This document shows positions 19,392-29,129 of a stretch of 58,353 bases of DNA, piece by piece. This stretch comes from a virus (lineage: Duplodnaviria; Caudoviricetes), in IMG/VR virus record IMGVR_UViG_3300047300_000852, positions 1 through 58,353 of that record. One strand, written 5' to 3'. Below the pieces are notes generated by a model. That model was given only the letters and a program-made list of their open reading frames with translations, made no database searches and was not told the DNA's origin. Position 1 is the first letter of the stretch. Each line of letters starts with the position of its first letter. The position numbers were made by a program, and so were the translations under genes.

Positions 19392-19648
19392 GTGTACACC
19401 TGTGATTCAATCTCCCAGCTACCATCTTCGTCATTCAACGCTGCTTCGACTTCAGCTTCACGTATGATCGCCTCATCGAGCATCTTGAGTTCTTCCAAAA
19501 GTGACTTTCGGAACCCTACGTGATCAACAGACGTTCCACCGTCGGCCGTCATCGCGTTAGGCTTTCCCCCAACCGAAGTCAGCGTCATCGCGGCCAATTG
19601 TGCCGCAACTGTTGCTCGTCTTGTCCTCAAGTCACTCAATACGCTCAT
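19388..19648 (-). CDS. Head-tail adaptor (gpW-like)
   Basis: 86 aa helix-hairpin-helix pattern (..GGTSVDH...L..L...I); position. Confidence 0.6.
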   Translation of the reverse strand: MSVLSDLRTRRATVAAQLAAMTLTSVGGKPNAMTADGGTSVDHVGFRKSLLEELKMLDEAIIREAEVEAALNDEDGSWEIESQVYT

Positions 19649-19658
19649 GATGCCCCAT

Positions 19659-19682
19659 ACTCTATCGGGTACTTGCCCACTA
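19659..19682 (-). promoter_or_regulatory. Late-class promoter
   Basis: TAGTGGGCAA-GTACCCGA-TAGAGT. Confidence 0.65.
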
Positions 19683-20168
19683 CAAACCGAGGCGTGCTAA
19701 ATCGGCCTGATGGAGCATCTCTTGCTCCTCGTTGGTCAAGTCGCCTCCACGTTCTGCCTTAGCACGCAGTGACGCGAGCAGCAAAGCGTTTCGCTGCCTG
19801 TCTAGTCGCTTCGGATCGGTGCACTTTGCCACCAGTTCATGCTTCACCGGATCGACCTGCTTTGCAGGGTTCTCAGGACTCGCAGTCGTGGCAACGTACC
19901 ACCGCAACGCCTCGGACTCATCACACGCTCGAACCTTCTTCGTGGGCAACGATGATCCATCCTTCTTCGGGCTGACGGTAAACTCAGAACCATCACCGAC
20001 ACAAACCGCCTCAGACGGTCGAACCGGTCGCGTAGCCCCGGAATCCTTCTGTGCTTCGAGGGACGCTTCACGCTCCGACAGCTTAGCCTCACGCTCCTTC
20101 AACTGAGCCTCAGCCTGCTCTAGTCGTGCCAACCGTTCGTCAATGCTTGCTTGCTGATCCTTCGCCAT
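19680..20168 (-). CDS. Hypothetical protein with N-terminal coiled coil
   Basis: GGAG RBS; follows the capsid gene. Confidence 0.65.
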   Translation of the reverse strand: MAKDQQASIDERLARLEQAEAQLKEREAKLSEREASLEAQKDSGATRPVRPSEAVCVGDGSEFTVSPKKDGSSLPTKKVRACDESEALRWYVATTASPENPAKQVDPVKHELVAKCTDPKRLDRQRNALLLASLRAKAERGGDLTNEEQEMLHQADLARLGL

Positions 20169-20246
20169 ATCCAACTCCGAAAAAGGGAAACGTAAAAAAG
20201 TAACGTTGCGAATTTATAGCCTATCGCGAAGGCCAAATATAGCAAC

Positions 20247-20277
20247 AAAAAACCACCGGAGTCACCCCCAGTGGTTT
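20247..20277 (-). terminator. Intrinsic terminator after the major capsid gene
   Basis: AACCACTGG..CCGGTGGTT hairpin followed by a T run. Confidence 0.8.
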
Positions 20278-20311
20278 CTTGCTTCCCTTCCACTCCGACA
20301 AGTGGTTCAGA

Positions 20312-21469
20312 CTATGTGCACTTAGCCGCGTAAAGCCGCTCGCGAACACCAGCCGCACCACGCTCGGACGCCTTCAAGCGTAGGACGATATCACGAGTGA
20401 ATCCGACTTCGCTGTTCTCATCAGACTGGGTGACGGTCAAAGGCCAGTTCTGCATGTAAACGAACGCCTTTTTGAAGTCACCAGCAAACCAAGTCGAATC
20501 GCTCGAAGTACGTTGGCGAACATACTGCCCGGTGATGACTTGCTTGTTTCCGGACACGCTTGAACCGTTCACGTAGGTCTGGTTGTTGCCGGTGTTCGTG
20601 CCCTGACGTGTCATCGTAGCGCTGATGATTCGGTTCGCCAACGTTTCCAGCGCCTTGGGTACAAGGATCTGAGTAACGTCGATCGCAATCGGTTCGCCGG
20701 TGACTGGATCAGTCATCACGTTGAACTTTTGCTGTACCGAATCAATCGAGGTCCAGTCAGCAAGGGTATTGCTCAACTGGTTGACCGAATCGTAAGTGGC
20801 CACAGCCGCAGCACCGTTTCGGCGGAAGATCGTCGAAATACCGGTTACAACGTCGAGAATACGCTTTTCACGGTTCACTGCGACGCGTTCCCCAACCTTG
20901 TTGGCCTCGCTCAACAGTACTCCGGTGCGGTCGAAGTAGATCGCTTCCCGAGTAATGTTGAGGATCAATCCGCGCTTGATCGTCTCAGGGGTGTCAACGT
21001 ACTCCTCACCCATGACCGCGTTGGGGTATGGCTGACCTTCGTTTACAACGTCGAGGTCATCACCGACGCGACCAACCCCAGGAATCCGCTCACCGCTGAA
21101 CTGGGTCTGAATCGTTTCCACCAACTGATCACCGACAAGGCCCGGCATGTTAAAGCCGTTGAGCGTTGCCGTGTAGACCACTTGCCCGATGATGTTGGCG
21201 AACTGCGAAGTATCAACCAACTCAGCCGATTCCTGAATCTGGTAGCCACCACCGGACGAAGGCCGAAGCATGTTCACTGCTTCGCGTCCATCCGGTACGA
21301 ATTGCTCGAACAACTGGCGGACCGAATAACGGTCCCCAAGCTGTGCCGCGTCCTCTTGAAGCTGGGTCTGGAAGTCCGCACAAAATTGTGCGTAAGCGTT
21401 CCCGCGTACCGCTGCTTCGTACAACCGCCGCAGTTCTTGGTGACGACGGGTTTTTGCGTCTACTCGCAT
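20312..21469 (-). CDS. Major capsid protein
   Basis: 385 aa; V.EG..Y, K.G....ITREAI..D and W..GD motifs of Mu gpT-like capsids; followed by a terminator. Confidence 0.9.
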   Translation of the reverse strand: MRVDAKTRRHQELRRLYEAAVRGNAYAQFCADFQTQLQEDAAQLGDRYSVRQLFEQFVPDGREAVNMLRPSSGGGYQIQESAELVDTSQFANIIGQVVYTATLNGFNMPGLVGDQLVETIQTQFSGERIPGVGRVGDDLDVVNEGQPYPNAVMGEEYVDTPETIKRGLILNITREAIYFDRTGVLLSEANKVGERVAVNREKRILDVVTGISTIFRRNGAAAVATYDSVNQLSNTLADWTSIDSVQQKFNVMTDPVTGEPIAIDVTQILVPKALETLANRIISATMTRQGTNTGNNQTYVNGSSVSGNKQVITGQYVRQRTSSDSTWFAGDFKKAFVYMQNWPLTVTQSDENSEVGFTRDIVLRLKASERGAAGVRERLYAAKCT

Positions 21470-21542
21470 CGTAAAACCTATTTCCTTAACGTGACAAACA
21501 ACAAACCGTCATCACCGCACCAAGCGATGATCACACGAAAAC

Positions 21543-22259
21543 TTACTCGGACTGATGAGCCGCAACAGCATCGCACTTAATCGCTTGCTGTGCTGCGGTA
21601 CCGTTCTTCACCCCAACCATCGCGGATGTTTCCGTTGCGTTGGCGTAGGTGCGGTCAAGCATCTTGTACACGGTCGAACCGTTGATCTTGAACACTACGT
21701 CACACAGTGCCGAGGTCTTGGGCACAATGTCGATTTCAAGCAACTGAAACGCAGCACTCGCGGCAACGTTTGCTTGCTTGTTGAGGCTGTTCGTAGCGCT
21801 CAATTCTGCAATCGTCTGGGTCGCTCCGTCGGAGTAGATCACGCTCCACAACGTGCTTCCATCCTTCGCGAAGAACCCGGCACCGGAGAAGCTTGCCTTC
21901 GGCCCTGCCCCGTTATCCTGCAACGCATTTGCACCGACCGCATCCATCAAGCCGAAGTAAACGTTAGCCGCATTGGTAGCAGCTTGCGAGAACTGAACCA
22001 AGCCGCCAACATTCAACGCCTTGCCTGCGGCAATCTTGAAGATTTCCTTCGTCGAAATGTACGCCTCATCGTTGTCAGCAACGGTACCATCAGACGGCGA
22101 CAACGTGACCACACCGCCGACTTCATCACCGACAGCCGCAGTTCCGCTATCGGTTAGGGTCGAAGTCCATCGAGCCGAATTCAGGCCGTCGAAGTGTTCG
22201 ACAAATCCGAATGTTCGTGAATAGAGCGTTGCCGCCTCAGGTAGTACTAATCCCTTCAT
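21543..22259 (-). CDS. Capsid decoration/cement protein
   Basis: Between protease/scaffold and capsid genes; beta-rich. Confidence 0.55.
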   Translation of the reverse strand: MKGLVLPEAATLYSRTFGFVEHFDGLNSARWTSTLTDSGTAAVGDEVGGVVTLSPSDGTVADNDEAYISTKEIFKIAAGKALNVGGLVQFSQAATNAANVYFGLMDAVGANALQDNGAGPKASFSGAGFFAKDGSTLWSVIYSDGATQTIAELSATNSLNKQANVAASAAFQLLEIDIVPKTSALCDVVFKINGSTVYKMLDRTYANATETSAMVGVKNGTAAQQAIKCDAVAAHQSE

Positions 22260-22311
22260 CGTATCCTCTTCTTAGGTTGAGTAACCGTAAAACAAACCCA
22301 CCGCCGAGCGA

Positions 22312-23415
22312 CTAGCCCAACAGCCTTTTGAACTCTTTGTGATCCTTCGGGTACTCGGTCAGTTGCTCAGATTCTTTGAGCACCGAACCGCTACGCTCTG
22401 GACGCTGACCGCGCTTGTCCGAGAAGGTTTTTGCCAACTCTGGACGCTCCGATTCGGTCAAGGCCAACAATGCCTTGAGGCGAACTTCGGTAATCTCTGC
22501 TTGCGATTCGACCAGCAAGGCCCGGCAACGTTCACGATCCAAATCGCCCTTCGCCTTGGTCAAGTCCTCACTGAGACGCTTGACCGATTCTTCCATCTTG
22601 GCGTTCTCAGCCTTCATCGAATCGTTCTCAGCCTTCATCGACTCAGTAGCCGATTTCATGGCTTCCATCGCCTTATCTTTCGCTTGCATGATCGCTTTGA
22701 GCTTGGCAAGCTTTCCAGCGGTATCCATCGATTCGTCATCGAGGACTTTCATCATTGCGACCTTGAACGCCGAGCCGATACCATCTTCTTCAGATGCGTC
22801 ATCGGATAGTTCAATTTCCGAGTCACCCATTTCAGGGTACTCGCTCATCGCTTCCTTCATGCACTCTTGCAGGTCGGTAGCCTTGATGCTTTCAACGATC
22901 GATCGGAACTTCTTTTTCATTGCCTTGCCCCTTTGGTGACTTTCAAACAAACCGTCATTCGTGGCCGGGTCAGCAACAACATCAACCGACCGTACGTCGT
23001 ACACTTCGACTACTCGACGCTCACCGTTCACAACACGCTCATCACCCGCTGCATCGTGTGATAGGCCGAATGTATCTGGAAACCTTTCAGCCGCTTCGAT
23101 GAGTTGTTCCGTCATCGGATGCGACTTGATGTAGTGAAGGTCAGCATACACCGAGCCTTCGAAGTATCGGACGTTCTTCAAGACTCCCCACCGATCCTGA
23201 ATCGGTCGATCTTGCACCGGTTCACCCGGCTTGAATCGTTGGTGGTTGAGGTTGACTACCGCGCCTTCGTACATCGGTACAGCCTTGCGGATGGCTTCAT
23301 CGTCGTAGATGCGACCATTGCGAGACTTAGGACCGAGCACCTTAACCGCGTGAATCACACCGGACTCACGGTCAACTCGCTCAAAACCTTTTTGGGACTC
23401 TCGAAGATATTTCAT
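22312..23415 (-). CDS. Prohead protease-scaffold
   Basis: S.NGR.Y, NH, GLSH, SVDVVADPAT motifs; acidic coiled-coil C-terminus. Confidence 0.85.
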   Translation of the reverse strand: MKYLRESQKGFERVDRESGVIHAVKVLGPKSRNGRIYDDEAIRKAVPMYEGAVVNLNHQRFKPGEPVQDRPIQDRWGVLKNVRYFEGSVYADLHYIKSHPMTEQLIEAAERFPDTFGLSHDAAGDERVVNGERRVVEVYDVRSVDVVADPATNDGLFESHQRGKAMKKKFRSIVESIKATDLQECMKEAMSEYPEMGDSEIELSDDASEEDGIGSAFKVAMMKVLDDESMDTAGKLAKLKAIMQAKDKAMEAMKSATESMKAENDSMKAENAKMEESVKRLSEDLTKAKGDLDRERCRALLVESQAEITEVRLKALLALTESERPELAKTFSDKRGQRPERSGSVLKESEQLTEYPKDHKEFKRLLG

Positions 23416-23421
23416 GCCGAA

Positions 23422-23445
23422 ATCTTAAACGCCGTTTGCCCACTA
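23422..23445 (-). promoter_or_regulatory. Late-class promoter, probably giving a leaderless mRNA
   Basis: TAGTGGGCAA-ACGGCGTT-TAAGAT, then 6 nt to ATG with no SD. Confidence 0.7.
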
Positions 23446-24105
23446 CAGCGAATAGAGCAAAAAGCACCGGCAACGAGGGTGCGCAGGCGGTCCCTGCTTG
23501 AAGTCCTGAAACCACGCAGACGGGCCAGTACCATGCAGCGGACCGCATACTGGGCAAACCCGCTCATCTAGTTTGGTGTACCACTTCACTTTGACGCCGA
23601 CGCCTAGCTCCTTCATTTCATCGATCACCGTACGTTCGGCAATCGTTACCGCTGAGGTAGTCTCCGTGATGGAAACGTTTTCTGCCCTGGAGTCAGGGAA
23701 CAATCGATCGACCGCGAACGTTTCCGGGTCTTGATCCTTTTCGCGCTCTGCCCACCATGCCGAGTTCGTGTCCGTCATCTGATCGCCTAAGCGGTCAACC
23801 TGCCTACGTGATCGCCTGCGAGCTTGACGCTGCAACGTGTCCCATATCGGGCCTTCCTGCTTCGGAGCATCGCCGAGCACCTTCGCGCCTTTGTCATCAT
23901 CCCCGAATAGAATCAGCATCAGGATAATCACCCTGCGGTGAACCTCCTCAATGATCGGACCGACGTATTTTCGCAATGCTCTTTTTATTGCTCGGTTCAT
24001 CGAATCGATGCCCTCAGCAGCAACCTTCACCGCCTCGCGGAATACTTCCTTCATGGCTTCCGTAATGCGTTCTTCGTACCCTTGACGCTCTTTGAGTTCA
24101 GGCAT
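23443..24105 (-). CDS. MuF-like minor head morphogenesis protein
   Basis: RA....TET, W.T..DERVCP.C..LHG, PPAHPRCRC. Confidence 0.9.
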   Translation of the reverse strand: MPELKERQGYEERITEAMKEVFREAVKVAAEGIDSMNRAIKRALRKYVGPIIEEVHRRVIILMLILFGDDDKGAKVLGDAPKQEGPIWDTLQRQARRRSRRQVDRLGDQMTDTNSAWWAEREKDQDPETFAVDRLFPDSRAENVSITETTSAVTIAERTVIDEMKELGVGVKVKWYTKLDERVCPVCGPLHGTGPSAWFQDFKQGPPAHPRCRCFLLYSL

Positions 24106-26270
24106 TAGGGGTAATCCTTCCAGCGTTCGAGCATCGCACGTTGACGGCCTGTGAGTGATTCAGACTCCTTGATGCGGGTCACGTTCGCAAGGTCAGGATT
24201 TACCTTGAGCAACCAAGCCTCACGAACAAACGTCTTACCATCCCAAGGAAACAAATCACCGACCGATTCCTTCAGCAGTTTGGATACGCTCGGACGCGAC
24301 CAGAAACGGCATGACCAGTATCGGGCCTTCCACCTTGGGCCGGGATCGTCGCAGTTGTGGCGTGCCCTGAATCCTTTGCGGCGGCCCGGCTTGTCACGCT
24401 GAATCCGCATGTTCGGATCCCCGAAGTTTACCTTCACCGTATTGCCTTTGTCGTTCTTCACGTAAACTGCGAACTTCTTCGGTCCTCCAGGCGTGCGGAA
24501 TGGCCTTCCGAGGGTCTTGCGTTCTGCCTCAGTCAGTGGGCTTGGTTCAGCCTGAATTGGAGCTTCGTCATCTAGCAAACCGTCGATATCCTGCGATGCC
24601 AACCCGATTGACTTGAGCAGCACCGACGCTACTTGCCGGGTCACTTTCCCGCTGAGGTAATCAGTCAAAACATCGGTGACTGCCTTTCGATTCCTCTGCC
24701 ACTGCAAACGCGAAATTCCCTGCCATTTCGATGATTCCTCCTCGATCTGCCTGGAAACGTTTCCACTTTCAGCATCGTCGGCGCTAGAAACGTTTCCACT
24801 TTGATCAGGCGTCCCAGGCCGCTGTTCAGCCGCTTTCACCACTAGCCCGTTCGCAGTCTCAACGTCGATATCCCGACCGAGTTCGTTGATTGCGGTCTTA
24901 TCTGACACCCAGCCGTTCGCCTTTTGTAGCTGCAGCGCTTGAGTCATCTCAAGTACGTTACGCGGTAGGATTCTCGCCAGTATCACTTCGACCGTCATCT
25001 GATCCTTGAGCATATCGAAACTGTCGATGCCATGATGCCGGAATCGCCCCTTCTCAGCCCCTACGCGAATGATCTTGAGAAGCATTTCCCGCATTCGCTC
25101 AGCCCGTTGAACTTGCTCAGCTTGTCGGCCTTGCATGAACGGACCTTCAGCCACCAAAGCCGATGCAAGGTTTGCGTTCTCATAGCTTCCGGTAAGCATT
25201 CCTTCCGGGAATCCGTGTACCGTTCCGGCAAGTCTCAAGGCCGCTTCCATCACCTGAACGTAAATGTCTGAGTTGTTCGAGCCAAGTAAACCTGCCTTGT
25301 ACTGTTGGCCCACTGGTACGTCTAAACGCGTGCCTGGAAGCATTCTCCGCCGACGCTGTGCCAATCCCGTCAGGGGATCAATCTTGCCCGTCAGTGGAGC
25401 AAATCGCGTGACGATGTTGTTCGCCTGACGCTGCGTTCCCTCTTTGTGCTCAACGATGTACGCGATAGCCGCCTGAGTTGCTGCCCCTTCCGCCGTATTG
25501 GTGAGCACCCTATCGGCCCGGAGCAGATACAAGTGCGGCTTGTAAAAGTCACTGAAACCGCGCTTGGCTCGTCCGCGAACGTTGCGCTTCCAGAATATTA
25601 CGTTTCGTTCGGGCACGTAATCCCAGTCCGTACCGTCCAGTGATCGCACCATGTGGTAGCCGATATGCCGCTCCGGTAGGTTCTTTTTCGTCAGTACTCC
25701 GAAGCTCCAGGAAGGGACGTACGAATCAATTCCTAGCCAATCCTCTAGCGCTCGCTTGTCCGATGGTTCGGTCAATTCATCCGGCTCGCGGGCTACCATC
25801 AAGCACTGCCCGTCATCATAGACCAACTCACCGAGGAACTCACCGTCAGCGATTTCCCGAACGTACGTTTCACGCTCCAGTTCCGAGGACCACTTCGAGA
25901 GGTCAAGGGCTTCGCGTACGTAGTTCTGGATCGCTTTCGTCAGTCGGTCATTGTCGGTCTTGATCGTCCAATCGAACCCAGTGCCTATCGTGTAGTCAAG
26001 CAGGCGGTTCACCCATGCCTGAGCCATTGGCACCTTCTCAACCAGCAACCAACTCATCGCGCGAATCAACTTCAAATCAGACTCGTTTTGATACACTGGG
26101 CGGAAGCGTCCGTCGGCCCGGTCGTAAATCTGCGTGAATGCTCCGAGGCCGTTCGTATTGAAGAACCCCGCCGAGTCAGTCATAAATTCTGTGATATCGA
26201 CCGGCTCGCCCCATGATTCCTGGAGTCGGTCATCTTCTGCAATTGTTCGCAAAGTCTCTACAATGTTCAT
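24105..26270 (-). CDS. Portal protein with long C-terminal extension
   Basis: DGE, RGFSD, G.PE.MLTG...NANLAS motifs of lambda-type portals; first gene of the head operon. Confidence 0.85.
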   Translation of the reverse strand: MNIVETLRTIAEDDRLQESWGEPVDITEFMTDSAGFFNTNGLGAFTQIYDRADGRFRPVYQNESDLKLIRAMSWLLVEKVPMAQAWVNRLLDYTIGTGFDWTIKTDNDRLTKAIQNYVREALDLSKWSSELERETYVREIADGEFLGELVYDDGQCLMVAREPDELTEPSDKRALEDWLGIDSYVPSWSFGVLTKKNLPERHIGYHMVRSLDGTDWDYVPERNVIFWKRNVRGRAKRGFSDFYKPHLYLLRADRVLTNTAEGAATQAAIAYIVEHKEGTQRQANNIVTRFAPLTGKIDPLTGLAQRRRRMLPGTRLDVPVGQQYKAGLLGSNNSDIYVQVMEAALRLAGTVHGFPEGMLTGSYENANLASALVAEGPFMQGRQAEQVQRAERMREMLLKIIRVGAEKGRFRHHGIDSFDMLKDQMTVEVILARILPRNVLEMTQALQLQKANGWVSDKTAINELGRDIDVETANGLVVKAAEQRPGTPDQSGNVSSADDAESGNVSRQIEEESSKWQGISRLQWQRNRKAVTDVLTDYLSGKVTRQVASVLLKSIGLASQDIDGLLDDEAPIQAEPSPLTEAERKTLGRPFRTPGGPKKFAVYVKNDKGNTVKVNFGDPNMRIQRDKPGRRKGFRARHNCDDPGPRWKARYWSCRFWSRPSVSKLLKESVGDLFPWDGKTFVREAWLLKVNPDLANVTRIKESESLTGRQRAMLERWKDYP

Positions 26271-26291
26271 AACGTTTCCCCTTCGCTTCTC

Positions 26292-26315
26292 ATCCTACGT
26301 AGGACTTGCACACCT
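26292..26315 (-). promoter_or_regulatory. Late-class promoter variant for the portal operon
   Basis: AGGTGTGCAA-GTCCTACG-TAGGAT, same N8 spacing. Confidence 0.6.
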
Positions 26316-26887
26316 TGCCACGCGTTGACCCTTCGACAATTTACCAGATTTTCTGGCTGTCCCACACCGGAATGCGGAAAAACGAAATAGCCCTACGGCT
26401 CAGCCTGACGCGTGATACCGTCACGAGCCACCTTTCGGGAAGACTATCCCACCGGTATAGCGCGTCGCTTAGACGACGAATCAGCACCCTCAGCAAGCCT
26501 GTTATCCGGGAACGCAAGGTACCCGAAGGCTATATCACAATCGCTGAGGCTTCCTACTTCTTCCAGGCCCGGCCAACCGTCAAAACAATCCTGCAAGTCT
26601 ACCCGATGCGGCGGGAAATCATCGACCGCGCCAACTACACCCGCCGCGAATGGGTCAGGGAATTTGTAGCCTCGAAGAACTCCCCAGGCGTCGAGGGAAT
26701 CCTGATGACTCCACAGGCTGCGAAGTACCTCTACGGGATCCGATGCAAGGGAAAGTTCGTACGCCTCGCAGACGTTGACGCATCAGACGAACCGGCAAGC
26801 CTCATTCACTTCGCACTATCAATGATGGACTGGACACAAATGCCGTTCGTGACCCTTGACCTACAAGACGTGATGCAATTCACGTAA
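26306..26887 (+). CDS. HTH DNA-binding regulator (only plus-strand gene)
   Basis: GMRKNEIALRLSLTRDTVTSHL HTH plus a second YITIAEAS excisionase-like HTH; fills the gap between minus-strand operons; start uncertain. Confidence 0.75.
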   Translation: MHTLPRVDPSTIYQIFWLSHTGMRKNEIALRLSLTRDTVTSHLSGRLSHRYSASLRRRISTLSKPVIRERKVPEGYITIAEASYFFQARPTVKTILQVYPMRREIIDRANYTRREWVREFVASKNSPGVEGILMTPQAAKYLYGIRCKGKFVRLADVDASDEPASLIHFALSMMDWTQMPFVTLDLQDVMQFT

Positions 26888-26891
26888 CACC

Positions 26892-27281
26892 CTACCGGGG
26901 AAGCACGCGGCCTATCTGCCTGCGTGTCATCGGTACACCATCTACGAACTCAACTATCGACACCTCAGCCACGCGGCAAGCCTGAGCCAACTGTAGCCGC
27001 TTCGATAGTTCTTCACTCAGTCGCTCAACCGTACCAAGTGACAGCTTCTCCGCTAGCTTTACCGCGTCAGCCTCACGCGCGAACATCTTTACAGGGGTGA
27101 GGCTCAGGTAGTCATTGAGCGTCACCAAATAGCTCTTAGTTGGCGCTCTGCTTGCTAATCGCTTGCAAGTACTCCGGGGACGGGCTTCGCGGTCTTTCGG
27201 CTTGCTCGGCTTTGCAGCAGGCTTCCCTGATCCTTTGGCAATCTTCCTTGCAACGCCGCATTTCTTCTTGATCGACTTCAT
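26892..27281 (-). CDS. Basic hypothetical protein
   Basis: ORF with Lys-rich N-terminus. Confidence 0.6.
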   Translation of the reverse strand: MKSIKKKCGVARKIAKGSGKPAAKPSKPKDREARPRSTCKRLASRAPTKSYLVTLNDYLSLTPVKMFAREADAVKLAEKLSLGTVERLSEELSKRLQLAQACRVAEVSIVEFVDGVPMTRRQIGRVLPR

Positions 27282-27414
27282 CCGGAATCACCCTAACAAT
27301 GCCTTTCCAAATCATCGCCGTAATCGCGACAAACGCCACGATTGCACAGATGCCAACATACCAGCCAACCGACAAAAAAGCGAACATCGAAAAACCTTTC
27401 GAAAAAACGTAACG

Positions 27415-27696
27415 TTACTTTTTTACGCAACCGTCCTCAGTCCATCGCAGCCCACTGGTTTTCAGCGAAGCACGAGCTTCACACAGCAGGCAAGTTTTCG
27501 TAGTGATCGCAGCGCCACAATCCGGGCACCTTCCTTGAATGGTCCGATAGTGCACCGCCGCCTCACCTCGATGCCTTATCTGATTGACTACCTTTTGAGA
27601 TAGTCCAGTTCGCAGCGCTATCGTCCTGGTATCCTCCTTCGTATCGAGGATAGTTCGAATCTGATCTTTCGTTGGGTGCTTTCCCTTGCTTTTCAT
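27415..27696 (-). CDS. HTH plus zinc-ribbon protein
   Basis: TRTIALRTGLSQKVVNQIR; CPDCG..CLLC. Confidence 0.7.
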   Translation of the reverse strand: MKSKGKHPTKDQIRTILDTKEDTRTIALRTGLSQKVVNQIRHRGEAAVHYRTIQGRCPDCGAAITTKTCLLCEARASLKTSGLRWTEDGCVKK

Positions 27697-27732
27697 TGGT
27701 CCATGCTCCTTTGCAGGTGGAAACGTTTCCAG

Positions 27733-28194
27733 TTAGTACCGCCGTCCTTCGCGGTATTGTTCGCAGTGACTTCTCACCAGCGGATTCGACTTTGACCAGT
27801 TTGGATTCCCTGGCTTCCATGGCCCATCAGGATCATGCCCGATCTCGAAATGATGCCGACGGCATAGCGTTATCAAGTTCCATTCGTCCAACTCCAATTC
27901 AGGCCGAAGGTGGAACGGCTCAATATGGTGCACGTTCAACGCCTTGATCGAACCACATGCAGCGCAGAACGGATGCCGCTTCACGAAGTCATTCCGCACA
28001 GCTTGCCACTCAGAGGAACGCTCACCCTCGTACACGTCAGCATCGACAGATTCGATCCACTGGTGATCTGGTTCGTTCGGTATCGGCTTCTGTCGCTCAA
28101 AGGTCAGCAACAGGATTCCCACCATGCAACCGACGATGCCGAGCACTCGAAGCAGAAATCCTAGCCGTTCTAGCCAAATCGTTACGCGGTCCAT
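27733..28194 (-). CDS. HNH endonuclease with N-terminal TM segment
   Basis: CAACG...VHH..P...NLITLCRRHH...GH. Confidence 0.85.
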   Translation of the reverse strand: MDRVTIWLERLGFLLRVLGIVGCMVGILLLTFERQKPIPNEPDHQWIESVDADVYEGERSSEWQAVRNDFVKRHPFCAACGSIKALNVHHIEPFHLRPELELDEWNLITLCRRHHFEIGHDPDGPWKPGNPNWSKSNPLVRSHCEQYREGRRY

Positions 28195-28421
28195 CAGTCC
28201 ACCCTCGCAATAAAACCAGCAAACGCCCAATCATTCCAGGGGGCATACGGCACAGCCTGGACGCGAAACCGACCACGAACACCGATCAACCTCAACGCGG
28301 TCTTGCCCAACTCAACAGCTTGCGATTCAGTCGCGGCTCGTACGTAGCTCCTACCAAGCATCACGTCACGGTTCTTGCCTGCGTAGGCGATTACCTGCCA
28401 CTGTTTCGAAGGCTCACTCAC
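28194..28421 (-). CDS. Hypothetical protein
   Basis: Coupled small ORF. Confidence 0.6.
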   Translation of the reverse strand: MSEPSKQWQVIAYAGKNRDVMLGRSYVRAATESQAVELGKTALRLIGVRGRFRVQAVPYAPWNDWAFAGFIARVD

Positions 28422-28665
28422 TTGCCTGCTCCTTCGCCTGTAGTTTTTTCACTCGATCGGAATGAATCACGAGTAGCTTTGTGGCTGACTTCTCAATCGC
28501 GTTGTACAACTCCGAGTCGTTCCCATGTAGGGCATTGCAGATTGCAGCCATGAAGTACGGGTCGAAGTCTCCAGCAGCTTTCAGCCGCAAGTCACCCACC
28601 CAGTACGATAGGCACCGCGTATCATTCTCAAGCGGCTTACCGCGAATCTCAGCGGTTATTTTCAT
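28414..28665 (-). CDS. Hypothetical protein
   Basis: ATGA coupling, GAGG RBS. Confidence 0.6.
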   Translation of the reverse strand: MKITAEIRGKPLENDTRCLSYWVGDLRLKAAGDFDPYFMAAICNALHGNDSELYNAIEKSATKLLVIHSDRVKKLQAKEQASE

Positions 28666-29129
28666 GCTACCACCTCATTCGAATAGTACGCCAACTGTTC
28701 ACCGATCCCCATCCCCTTGACCGGTAGAATCACCTCGACGCCCACCAGCTTGAGAATCGACGCCAACGGCTCACAGTACCCCTTGCCTGCATGGATCTCG
28801 ACCGAAACCGTTCGCAGGTCTCGAATATCCCAGTCATAGTACAGTTCATTGATCAACTGACTTGCAGCGCCAACGTGCCATGCGGACACGTCGATCTGTT
28901 CTTTGTCCAGCATCGTGTGATCGTAGACCCTCAGCGGAGTTCTCGGATTGATGCAGCCGCTTTTCGCTGAGATGATAAACCAGGGAAGTTTCCTCGACTC
29001 AACGTGATTCACTCGCTTATGGAACAGGTCAGAACAGTACAGTTCACGGGCCGCAATCATCGGCTCGAATTGGTTTGTCGTGTTCTTCTTCTTGGAGCAC
29101 CCGATGAGTGCGAATAGCTTACGGCTCAC
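28662..29129 (-). CDS. DUF6884/YaaA-like protein
   Basis: LIGCSKKK, A.ELY.S.LF, W.IISAK.G, YD, HAG..Y, GMGIGEQL. Confidence 0.7.
   Translation of the reverse strand: MSRKLFALIGCSKKKNTTNQFEPMIAARELYCSDLFHKRVNHVESRKLPWFIISAKSGCINPRTPLRVYDHTMLDKEQIDVSAWHVGAASQLINELYYDWDIRDLRTVSVEIHAGKGYCEPLASILKLVGVEVILPVKGMGIGEQLAYYSNEVVA

Noticed and set aside
20729-21580. Long plus-strand ORFs (also 6066..6671, 10144..10833, 32047..33342, 45006..45827, 57802..58344)
   Set aside because: Mostly antisense shadows of well-supported minus-strand genes, with no recognisable motifs
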